DNA from: a virus
Lineage: Duplodnaviria > Caudoviricetes
Virus record (IMG/VR): IMGVR_UViG_3300045282_000294
Coordinates: 457-64,456 of that record
DNA length: 64,000 nucleotides
Reading direction: 5' to 3' (one strand)
The notes beneath the pieces were generated by a model. It was not told where the DNA came from, did no database searches, and was given only the letters and a program-made list of their open reading frames with translations. Shown here piece by piece: positions 34,018 through 42,494 of this stretch. The position numbers and the translations under genes were made by a program. How positions within the stretch are numbered: position 1 is the first letter of the stretch; the number at the start of each line of letters is the position of its first letter.

Positions 34018-36011
34018 GCGTCACCTCGAATAAAGGCGAGCACCTCGTCGAGATCCATCCACGCCAGCCAGGCCTCGGCATCGCGCACGCCGAAGCTCGC
34101 CATCAACTGGCGATTGGCCGGGAAATAGGCCAGCCCGGCGGCAAACTCGATTTGCCGGTCGAAGAACACAAACGGTGGCGAGATGCGCGCGAGCCGGCCA
34201 TCTTCTTCAAAAATCACAAACCTATGCTGGTAATAGCGGTTGGGCCGGCCGGGGATCGTCCCGGCCTCGTGCACCAGTGCGAGATAGACGCCCTCGGCCT
34301 CGATGACCTGCGAGCCGCCGCTGATGTGGCCGATGGCGTAATCGCATTCATGCTGCGCGATAATTCTGCCGCCAAAGCCGAGAAGGGTACCAAGCCGATA
34401 GACGAAGCATAAGTCGTCATTCCTGCCCACCCACGGCATCCAGTTCTTCTCGTGGTGACGCCCCAAGCGCTCATCTGGCGCCATGAGGATCCAGTTGTCG
34501 ACGTGAACCGGCCACAGCACCTGCTCACACCAGCCCTCGACCGTTAGCTCGCGCACTGTCGAGGTCGTCCACAATCTGCCGGCGTGCTTAAACAGTCGAC
34601 TATCCTCGAAGCCGCGCACGAGGTCGAATTTTGGCTCAGGCATCGCCGGCGGCGTGATCTCGTGGCTTTCCTCGACTGTCAGATCACCCGCAAGCCGAAC
34701 AAGATAATTGCGAGTACGAATAGGATTGCTGCCGCTGTAACCACCATCAGCACCCAGTATTGCATAGGCCCCCTCCGGGGTGATCGTGTAGTTGACGGTC
34801 CGCACCAGCACCGTCGGCCGGCCCTCCTCATTGATGACAGAGGGGTTCATCGCGACGTAGCCGTCGGGCGCGTCGAACGGGATCCGGTACGGCTTGAACG
34901 ACGGCACATAGCTGGAGAGCGGCTTGAGATACCAGAACATGTTGCTGCGCGCCATCTCGCGTGACTGCGCGGTGCCGGCGCGGCTCAAGGCCAACTCGTT
35001 GCACACGGCCGCCCCGCGCGCGCGCCGCCGCTCGTCGTAATAGGCGCAGATCGCAAATTCTTCCTTGAGGCCAGTCTCGTAGACGTAATCGTTGACGAAC
35101 AGTTGGTCCTCCCTGGGATATGGGACCTGCATCCCAACCTCGGAGAACAGCAGGCTCGTGTGCTGATTGTCCGCCATCTCGCGGAAATACTTGGCCAAGT
35201 CGTAGAGCGTCTCGGCCCGCCGCGGCCGCATGTGGTAGGCCTGCAGCATCTCCCACAAGAACCCAGCCTTGTCGCCGAGATTGTCGAGGCAGTGGGCGAG
35301 GTGAAGCCTTGCGTTCCAGCGCTCTTCGTCGAAGCCGCCCAGTTCCACCCGCTTGCGATAGTGCTCGGCGGCCTTCTCCCAATTGCCTGCATCAAAGTAG
35401 CTTTGCGCGAGATAGAAGTGATACCGCTCGATCAGCCCGGGTCGCGTTTCGAACTTCAGCGCCTCCTCGAGCAGGGCGATGTCCCTGGCAAACTTGTCAG
35501 GCCGGTTCGCGCCGTCGGCGTGGTCGATGAAGTCCGCCCCGTCGAGTGTGCCGGCCGATGAAATGTCAAGATATTCATGAGTTACGCCAACATACTGGCC
35601 AGTGGCGCTGCGGTTCAGCAGCCGCCTGTTGGAGTAAGTGACCGAGCCTGCGGTCTGGTGCATATCATAGCTCGGCCCGCCGTTGAGGGACGCCAGCCAG
35701 TCTGGCCGCCCGACACGGAGCTCCATGTCGGCATCGGCGAGCAGGAGATAGTCGTAATCAAGCTTTGAGCCCCGCGCATGGATCAAGGCGAGATTGCGCG
35801 CTTGCGCAAAATTCACAAAGCCGGCCGCATATATTTCGATGGGCTTCCCTGCCTTGTCGAACAGGTCGCGCAGCAGCTCCGGCGTCCCATCAGAACTGCC
35901 GGTATCGAGAACCACAGCCGCATCGACATGCGGGAGCAGGCTGCGCACGCACCGCTCGATGATGGCAGCCTCGTTTCGAACAATGGCGTTCCAGGCCAGC
36001 TTCATTGGCAA
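34014..36011 (-). CDS. GT2 glycosyltransferase - TPR - beta-propeller (glycosidase-like) fusion
   Basis: IVRNE..LDTGSSDGT..FAQARN..LADAD..GVTHE; TPR-like helices; NPS..GFEDSRL..EKNWMP..IEFAAG. Confidence 0.75.
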   Translation of the reverse strand: MPMKLAWNAIVRNEAAIIERCVRSLLPHVDAAVVLDTGSSDGTPELLRDLFDKAGKPIEIYAAGFVNFAQARNLALIHARGSKLDYDYLLLADADMELRVGRPDWLASLNGGPSYDMHQTAGSVTYSNRRLLNRSATGQYVGVTHEYLDISSAGTLDGADFIDHADGANRPDKFARDIALLEEALKFETRPGLIERYHFYLAQSYFDAGNWEKAAEHYRKRVELGGFDEERWNARLHLAHCLDNLGDKAGFLWEMLQAYHMRPRRAETLYDLAKYFREMADNQHTSLLFSEVGMQVPYPREDQLFVNDYVYETGLKEEFAICAYYDERRRARGAAVCNELALSRAGTAQSREMARSNMFWYLKPLSSYVPSFKPYRIPFDAPDGYVAMNPSVINEEGRPTVLVRTVNYTITPEGAYAILGADGGYSGSNPIRTRNYLVRLAGDLTVEESHEITPPAMPEPKFDLVRGFEDSRLFKHAGRLWTTSTVRELTVEGWCEQVLWPVHVDNWILMAPDERLGRHHEKNWMPWVGRNDDLCFVYRLGTLLGFGGRIIAQHECDYAIGHISGGSQVIEAEGVYLALVHEAGTIPGRPNRYYQHRFVIFEEDGRLARISPPFVFFDRQIEFAAGLAYFPANRQLMASFGVRDAEAWLAWMDLDEVLAFIRGDA

Positions 36012-36904
36012 CTCTTCTCAGGCTGACGCCAGACCGCTGTCAGGTTCTCGAACCGGTCGAGCGCGTAGACGATGCGCTGGTCTGGACCGGCCCACGGGTA
36101 TTGCGGCCCGTGGCCGTGGCTGTTGGCGTATTGCGTCATGAAATAGCGGTAGGGGGCATGGCTGAGCCCCGCCATCATCCATGGACCGTTGGATACGAAG
36201 AAGTTCATGCGCGCCTGCTCGTACAGCGCCATGCGCACTTGCACGTCGGTCGAGGCGTGCGGGTATGTCGGGAAGCCGTCGAGCGGCTCGTGCGCCTTCG
36301 CGGTGTCGCGCACGAAAATCACGCCCGCGTCGAGACCCGCAGCAAACCGCAGCCACTCTCGCAGATTGCTGTTGCGATGCGTGTCATACGCGGCTTCGCG
36401 CAGCGTGATGACCACGGGGGCGGAGCCAACGCATTTGTCGATCATGGATCGAACCGTTTGGCGCGCGGCCTCGGGCGCCTGTAGCCGCGGCACGGGCTCG
36501 CCGCGTTCGGCCGCCCCCACCATGGCGTTGAACATGTGGTCGAAGGACAGAAACGGCGTGGTGTCGTCGGCGGTGATCGCGGGATCCTCGACCGCCCCGA
36601 GCATCGGCAGCAGCGGGCGCCAGACTCGATCCAACCAATCAGCCGCTGCTCGTGACCGGCTGCTGGCCGCGCTCGGAACCGGTGTGGTGTCGGCGAAGCT
36701 GACCCGCAGCGGCGCCGGCGCGCCCATCCGCACGCGCGTCATCTCGGCCTCGGCCAGCCAGATCAGGAACTCGAAGGACGGCGTGCCGGGCGAGCAGTAC
36801 CGGCGGGCGCTGAAGTCGATCAAGCTAGGCCCCGGTGGCCCCTGTCGGACCCGCTGCCCCGGCCGGCTGCATAACGGTCTGGCTGATTTCGACCGACCCG
36901 CCAT
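36002..36904 (-). CDS. putative glycosyltransferase-like protein
   Basis: VITLRE..RNSN..W..FVRD..RMALY..NFFVSNGP; start uncertain. Confidence 0.45.
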   Translation of the reverse strand: MAGRSKSARPLCSRPGQRVRQGPPGPSLIDFSARRYCSPGTPSFEFLIWLAEAEMTRVRMGAPAPLRVSFADTTPVPSAASSRSRAAADWLDRVWRPLLPMLGAVEDPAITADDTTPFLSFDHMFNAMVGAAERGEPVPRLQAPEAARQTVRSMIDKCVGSAPVVITLREAAYDTHRNSNLREWLRFAAGLDAGVIFVRDTAKAHEPLDGFPTYPHASTDVQVRMALYEQARMNFFVSNGPWMMAGLSHAPYRYFMTQYANSHGHGPQYPWAGPDQRIVYALDRFENLTAVWRQPEKSCQ

Positions 36905-37097
36905 CGGGGACCGAAATCTGGCTTAACGCCGTCTCGATAGCGCGTTCGCGATCGGGGGCGTCAACAACGATCGACATAACGCCAGTCGTTGTCCGGTAGG
37001 TCACGTTAAAGGAAAAAGACGTCGGGGCCCCGCCCACCGGGCCGGTGGCACCCGTCGATCCTGTCGTCCCGGTGGTTCCTGTCGTTCCAGTCGCCAT
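36825..37097 (-). CDS. small Thr/Gly-rich protein
   Basis: AAGGAGG RBS; GTT/GPT triplets at both ends. Confidence 0.5.
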   Translation of the reverse strand: MATGTTGTTGTTGSTGATGPVGGAPTSFSFNVTYRTTTGVMSIVVDAPDRERAIETALSQISVPDGGSVEISQTVMQPAGAAGPTGATGA

Positions 37098-37122
37098 AAT
37101 AACCTCCTTCAGGTTTCAGTTT

Positions 37123-39423
37123 TCACCCAGGCCCACCACCGATCGGCGGCGGACGGCTGCCGGGGCCCTGCGGCTGCGGTTGGTTGCCGACAACGTTGGC
37201 CGGCTGCGCGGCCTGGTTGGACATCGGCGTCGGCTGGTTGCCCTGCATGCTCTTGGCCGCCTGCGCCATCGGAGCGCCCATCGGTGGACCTCCCGGCGAT
37301 CCTGGAGGCATGGCCCCCGAGGGGGTACCAAGCCCAGGGGGACCTCCAGGACCCGCCGCTTGTGAAGCCAAAAGTCCGGACGTGAGCTCGGATGCAATCT
37401 TCTGTGTCCCCAGTTGCACGCCCATCTGGATGCCCTGCTCGACCCGTTGATTGAGGGCCTGCTGCTCGCCGCCCTGCTGCTGCTGCGCCTGTCTCTTGTC
37501 GAGCTCGTCGTCGGACGGCACGATAACGTCGCCGTCGAGACCGATGGTCTGCGATACGCTGCGCAGGACCGCGCCGCGGCCCTTCATGCCGATGATCGAC
37601 ATGTCGATCGGGTTGCCCGTGTGCTGCAGGAACTCCAGCTGCCGCTGGCGCTGGGTCTCGCGCTGGATGGCCACGCTGACGCCGCTGACGCTGATGTCTT
37701 CCTCGCCGGTCAACAGGCCCGTGGTGTCCGTCAGCAACACCAGATCGGCGAGCTGCTGCAGGGCGATCTCGAAAATATCCCGGTCGATGTTGGCGGCCAC
37801 GTCCTGCAGGATCTTGCTAGCGTTGCCCATCAGCATAGCGAGGCCCGAGGCGGTGCGGCCAGCGCCGCCCGAAGCCTGCCCGCCGATATATTTCGGGATA
37901 GCCGACACGTCGTCGGAGAGGTCGACGAACGCCTTGAACACGGTCAGCAGATCCTGGGCGTTCGACTGCGGCTGGTAGAACTCGACCGGCGGCTTGGCGT
38001 TGTTGCCGACCGGGTCGTTGGTCGCGTGCCAGCGCTTCCACGGATAAAGCTCGTCGGTGTTCTCTTCCGGCCTGACCCGGTCGTCGTTGATGACGACCTG
38101 GGGGCCGCTCGCGATCGAGAGATTGTTGACCAGGCTGCGCAGGGTGGCGTTCGCCACGTCCTGCAGGTCGGCAATCATGTCGACCAGGCCATTGCCGACC
38201 GGCGTCCCCGGCACCTTCTCGAAACTGGTGATAAAGTAATTGTGCCGCGCCCGCGGCGACGGCGACAGGTTGGCCTTGATGATGTGTGAGCCGATGCAAT
38301 AGACGTCGACCCGATAATCGCGCAGCTCGTCGGACACCCCCGGCATGCCGTATTCCTGCAGCAGGCGGCCCTGGACGTTGCCGTGGAATTCCATCTGCGA
38401 GATCAGGCCAGAGCGGTTCCAGGCGGGGCTCTCGCGGTTCTCGAGCACGGAGCGCTCGGCGTCGGTGGTGTCCCAGTTGTCGTAGAGCCCGCCGCGCCCG
38501 TACTCATCGAGCACGGCGCGCACCTCGTCCTGATTGAACCCCGGCAGGTCGAGCAGGTCATTGAGTTCGGCCCGCGTCAGGCGGGATTTCTCGATGACAT
38601 TGGCGTTCTCGATGCCGCCGACGCCGGGCGTCCACCACAGGTCGAACGGCGACACCCGTGACCACACCATCTTCGGGACCTGCTGGACGATGGGCTGGCC
38701 CCCGCCGGGCGGCCAGCGGATCTCCGGCATGATCTTGACGGTGGGCCCCTTGATGCAGGCAAACGGGAAGATCGGCAGATCCTTGATGAATTCCGCCAGC
38801 GCCCCATAAAATCCGCCTTCGCGCAGGAATTCCTCGATGCGGTCCTCGGACACTTGCGCCTGCTCGCGCGCCTTCTTCTTTGCCGCCTCGGACGCCGACT
38901 CCAGCAGTGCTGCCCGCCGTTTCTGTACGTCTTCCGGCGACGGCTGCTGACCGGTCGTCTGCATGACCATCTGCTGCTCGTGGCTCATGAGCGCATCAAT
39001 CTTCTGGACGATGTCGGCGGGGACATCGGGGTCGGCCGGCGGGCTGATCGACCACGGCCGGTCATTGCCGAGGTAGACGTCACGCAGCAGCGACGAGGCG
39101 GCTCGGCATTTCTGCGCGGTGAGGCGCGCATAGACCTGGCTGCCGCCGAACTTCACCACCTCCTGCATCTTGGTGGGGGAATACTGGCCGTTGAACGTGC
39201 GCAGCGCCTCGAGCAGACGGTTCGACCAGCCCGACGCGGTGTTGCGGTGGTTGCGGAAGATCTCGAACTGGCCGCGCACGTAGCCAATCAATTCCGGCGG
39301 CGCCGGCTCGGGCGGCGCCGCGGCGGCGGAGCGCGCGAGCTGCTGTTCGCGCAGATGCGCTTCCAACGCCGCCGGAGGAACGACTTGTAAAACGCCTTGG
39401 CTTCCGAGCGGGTTTATTGCCAT
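37123..39423 (-). CDS. portal protein
   Basis: 766 aa; VSPFDLWW, EFHG, PGTPVGNGL..DLQD.AN..R.LVNN..ASGP, RTASGLAMLM podovirus portal pattern. Confidence 0.8.
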   Translation of the reverse strand: MAINPLGSQGVLQVVPPAALEAHLREQQLARSAAAAPPEPAPPELIGYVRGQFEIFRNHRNTASGWSNRLLEALRTFNGQYSPTKMQEVVKFGGSQVYARLTAQKCRAASSLLRDVYLGNDRPWSISPPADPDVPADIVQKIDALMSHEQQMVMQTTGQQPSPEDVQKRRAALLESASEAAKKKAREQAQVSEDRIEEFLREGGFYGALAEFIKDLPIFPFACIKGPTVKIMPEIRWPPGGGQPIVQQVPKMVWSRVSPFDLWWTPGVGGIENANVIEKSRLTRAELNDLLDLPGFNQDEVRAVLDEYGRGGLYDNWDTTDAERSVLENRESPAWNRSGLISQMEFHGNVQGRLLQEYGMPGVSDELRDYRVDVYCIGSHIIKANLSPSPRARHNYFITSFEKVPGTPVGNGLVDMIADLQDVANATLRSLVNNLSIASGPQVVINDDRVRPEENTDELYPWKRWHATNDPVGNNAKPPVEFYQPQSNAQDLLTVFKAFVDLSDDVSAIPKYIGGQASGGAGRTASGLAMLMGNASKILQDVAANIDRDIFEIALQQLADLVLLTDTTGLLTGEEDISVSGVSVAIQRETQRQRQLEFLQHTGNPIDMSIIGMKGRGAVLRSVSQTIGLDGDVIVPSDDELDKRQAQQQQGGEQQALNQRVEQGIQMGVQLGTQKIASELTSGLLASQAAGPGGPPGLGTPSGAMPPGSPGGPPMGAPMAQAAKSMQGNQPTPMSNQAAQPANVVGNQPQPQGPGSRPPPIGGGPG

Positions 39424-39479
39424 GACCGCTTATATAGACCATAAGGGGTTTGTCGCCTTATCTCATAAGTGGACGACAC
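39424..39479. promoter_or_regulatory. divergent late control region
   Basis: 56-bp AT-richer gap between divergent starts; two CTTAT-N-ATAAG inverted repeats. Confidence 0.45.
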
Positions 39480-40382
39480 ATGCCAGACTTGGATGAGTTC
39501 GCACTCGCAAAGCTTGCCCGCGAAGTGGCGATGAATATTCGCCCCTTTCCGGTTATTCTCGCGGACTTCGGGCTCGACGAAAATGGTTTTTACGAAATTT
39601 CGAAAAATGCGTTTTATAAGCGGGCGCAGGAGCAATTCACGCTCGAATGGAATTCCGCGCTATCGGCGAACGAGCGGGTCAAGCTGATCAGCGCCGCCTA
39701 TCTGGAGCAGGCACTACCCCGACTGTGGCAGCGCATGACGGGCGACGAGCCACTCGCCGCCGCCGCCGATGTCGCAAAACTGTTTTCCCGCAACGCCGGC
39801 CTGGGCGAGGTCAAATCCGAGCAAAAAGGCGCTGAACGCTTCCAGATCACCATCAACCTCGGCGCCGACAAGGAAATCTACGACAAGCCCATCGCGGTCG
39901 AGCAGCCAGCCGATAACACCTTGGCTCTAACGGTTATGCACGAAGACGGGCGTGTACGCCCTGATGCCCAGGAGACCACCCATGGCGAAGAAAAACTGGA
40001 TGGCGGGAGCCGTGAAGAAGCCGGGAGCCCTGCACCGCTCACTGGGCGTGCCGGAGGGGGAGAAGATCCCATAAGCCGTGCAGACGGCGTCTCAACGCCT
40101 GATGCCGGCGAAAACCGAGAAAGCCGCCCACTCGAGCAACCCAACCCTGAAGCGGCGCGCCGTGCTGGCGAAGACGTTCGCCAAACACCGGCCATAAGCC
40201 GTGCAGACGGCGTCTTGACGCCTAACGTAAATAAAGAAGGGTGGGGACCAACGCACAAATGCACGATTGAAGGTTGCCAAAAATTGCAAAAATCGCGCGG
40301 GCTTTGCGCAAACCACTACCAGAAAGACCTGCACCGGCGCCGCAAGGAGGCGCGCTACGTGCGCGAGCGGGGGGTCTACTGA
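39480..40382 (+). CDS. putative terminase small subunit with an atypical read-through C-terminal extension
   Basis: upstream of TerL; FQITINLG motif; the tail overlaps another gene and ends in a CxxxxC..CxxHY zinc motif. Confidence 0.45.
   Translation: MPDLDEFALAKLAREVAMNIRPFPVILADFGLDENGFYEISKNAFYKRAQEQFTLEWNSALSANERVKLISAAYLEQALPRLWQRMTGDEPLAAAADVAKLFSRNAGLGEVKSEQKGAERFQITINLGADKEIYDKPIAVEQPADNTLALTVMHEDGRVRPDAQETTHGEEKLDGGSREEAGSPAPLTGRAGGGEDPISRADGVSTPDAGENRESRPLEQPNPEAARRAGEDVRQTPAISRADGVLTPNVNKEGWGPTHKCTIEGCQKLQKSRGLCANHYQKDLHRRRKEARYVRERGVY
39982..40197 (+). pseudogene. small basic phage protein interrupted by a 33-nt in-frame insertion containing a stop
   Basis: AGGAG RBS; MAKKNWMAGAVKKPGALHRSLGVPEGEKIP*..PAKTEKAAHSSNPTLKRRAVLAKTF. 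Confidence 0.55.
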
Positions 40383-40395
40383 GAGGGAACCTATT

Positions 40396-40656
40396 ATGTG
40401 GCGATGGTGGTCAAGAGGGCTATGGCGCAAGTTTAAACCCTGCGTCTTCTATAACGAGGAAATGCAGATCACGGAAATGATCCTGGAGGACGTTCCTGTC
40501 GTCTGGCGGCCGTGGGGACCATACAAAGGTCATGCCGTCGACTGCGGCTATGCCATGGACGACGGCAGGCTTGTCGGCATCAAAATCTGGGATGATGTGC
40601 GGCGCCGCGTACTTTGGCACGACGTTTACTCAAGGACCGGTAGGCTCTCAGTTTGA
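40396..40656 (+). CDS. hypothetical protein
   Basis: ORF coupled to the terL start. Confidence 0.45.
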   Translation: MWRWWSRGLWRKFKPCVFYNEEMQITEMILEDVPVVWRPWGPYKGHAVDCGYAMDDGRLVGIKIWDDVRRRVLWHDVYSRTGRLSV

Positions 40657-42113
40657 TGAGCATCAATTACACCGCACCCCCCACGCTCGCGCGGTTCATG
40701 AAATCCGACGCCTTTGGAAGAATATGCGCCGGGCCGGTCGGATCCGGCAAGACCACCGCTTGCGTGCTTGAGCTCTTGCGCCGGTCGATGGCGCAGGCCA
40801 AAGCCCCGGACGGCTACCGCTACACCCGCTGGGCCGTCATCCGGCAGACGCTGAAGCAACTGCGCGACACCGTGCTCAAGGACGCGCAGGTCTGGCTGCA
40901 AGGCCTCGGCGAATGGCGGGTCAGCGAGAACACCTTCCGGCTCGAGTTTGGCGACGTCAAAAGCGAGATGCTGTTCATCCCGCTCGAGGATGCCACCGAC
41001 CAGGCGCGGCTCTTATCGTCGCAGCTCACAGGCGCCTGGGTTTCCGAACTGATCGAGGTCAACTTCGACATCCTGGCCCCGGTCAGCGGCCGCATCGGCC
41101 GGTATCCCTCGGCAAGCCGCGGATCGCCGACCTGGTACGGGATCATCGCCGACACCAACATGCCGGTGGAGATGTCGGACTGGCACAAGCTCATGACCGA
41201 GCCGCCGCCGAACTGGCAGGTCTTCATCCAGCCCAGCGGCATGGCGCCGAACGCCGAGAACCTCAATCATCTGCTGCAGAGCGAGGCCACCGCCAAGCTG
41301 CCGATCGACGATCCGGTGCGGCTGGCGAAGGGGCGCGAGTACTACACGCGCTTCCTCGAGATGTACGGGTCGGAACACCCATGGGTGAAACGGTACGTCT
41401 ACGCCCAGTACGGCAACGATCCATCCGGCGAGGCGGTGTTCCGCGCAACCTTCATCCCATCCTTCCACGTCGTGCCGGAAACTCTCGTCATCCCCGGCTA
41501 CCCGCTGATCGTCGGCATCGACTTCGGCCGCAATCCATGGGCCCTGATCTGCCAGGTTGACCACACCGGCCGGCTGCTCGTGCACGAGGAGGTCCCCGCC
41601 GCCAACATCGGCCTGGAAAAACAGGTCGAGATGAAGTTGCGGCCGCGGCTGTACAGCAACAAGTTCGTCGGCTCAAAGGTTATTCTGGTCGGCGACCCGT
41701 CCGGCGTCGCCCGCGGCACCATCGCCGAGGAAACCTCGTTCGACGCGCTCAAACGGCTCGGCCTGCCGGCGTTCCCGGCCCCCACCAACGACATCGATGC
41801 GCGGCTGCGCGCCGTCGAGACCCTGCTCGGCCGGCAGGTCGGCGGCAAGGCCGCCCTGGTGATCAATGCCGCCGGCTGCCCGTTCCTGGTGCGCGCCATG
41901 TCGGGCGGCTACCGCTTCAAGAAGCACAAGGACGGCGGGCTGCGCGCAATCCCCGAGAAGTTTGACGTCGATGGTTTCTCGCACGTCGCCGACTGTCTGC
42001 AGTACGTCGCACTGGTCGTGCACGGCAACCTCGTACATGAGTTTGCCCGGCGGCTGGTGCCGCGTGTCAAGCGGCAGGAGCGGCCGCGGGTTACGGCGAT
42101 GGGGTGGACGTAG
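40656..42113 (+). CDS. terL: terminase large subunit
   Basis: Walker A GPVGSGKTT, WVSE, DTN; nuclease motifs VGIDFG, GDPSG, SHVADCLQY. Confidence 0.9.
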   Translation: MSINYTAPPTLARFMKSDAFGRICAGPVGSGKTTACVLELLRRSMAQAKAPDGYRYTRWAVIRQTLKQLRDTVLKDAQVWLQGLGEWRVSENTFRLEFGDVKSEMLFIPLEDATDQARLLSSQLTGAWVSELIEVNFDILAPVSGRIGRYPSASRGSPTWYGIIADTNMPVEMSDWHKLMTEPPPNWQVFIQPSGMAPNAENLNHLLQSEATAKLPIDDPVRLAKGREYYTRFLEMYGSEHPWVKRYVYAQYGNDPSGEAVFRATFIPSFHVVPETLVIPGYPLIVGIDFGRNPWALICQVDHTGRLLVHEEVPAANIGLEKQVEMKLRPRLYSNKFVGSKVILVGDPSGVARGTIAEETSFDALKRLGLPAFPAPTNDIDARLRAVETLLGRQVGGKAALVINAAGCPFLVRAMSGGYRFKKHKDGGLRAIPEKFDVDGFSHVADCLQYVALVVHGNLVHEFARRLVPRVKRQERPRVTAMGWT

Positions 42114-42116
42114 CAA

Positions 42117-42488
42117 ATGGGAAAGCACCCGCTGGAAGATAAGGTCTTTTTGAAAAATCAGCGCTTACTCAAGGCCATGGCAGATGACGAGCAGCGATGG
42201 CAGGACTGTACGAGGGCAAACCAGCAGCTGGCTGGCCAAGATCGGATTAGGTGGGCCGTGACGGAACGGCTGGATGCAATCGGCGCTTACTGGCAATGGC
42301 TCAATCAGTGCACGTGCATTGTCTGTTACCGAGGCATGTTTTTCAGCATCGATGCCGGCAGGGAACCAACAAAGAACCGCGAGCTCACCCGACAGGAGAT
42401 TTGCGATGCTGGCGGCCAGGTGCTGATGATCGACAGCGAAGAGGCTGCCAGAAACATGTTCGCCGACGTGCATTACCCCAACAACTGA
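42117..42488 (+). CDS. hypothetical protein
   Basis: 123-aa ORF following terL. Confidence 0.45.
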   Translation: MGKHPLEDKVFLKNQRLLKAMADDEQRWQDCTRANQQLAGQDRIRWAVTERLDAIGAYWQWLNQCTCIVCYRGMFFSIDAGREPTKNRELTRQEICDAGGQVLMIDSEEAARNMFADVHYPNN

Positions 42489-42494
42489 AAGGCG

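Noticed and set aside
5261-39390. Many long antisense or alternate-frame ORFs (e.g. 8028-9158, 30550-31788, 37414-38289; also 55291-56631)
   Set aside because: Shadows of GC-rich real genes, with no recognisable motifs or RBS
39940-40115. Hammerhead ribozymes at the CTGATG-containing hairpins
   Set aside because: They read CTGATGC rather than CTGANGA and have no proper stem II/GAAA/stem III arrangement
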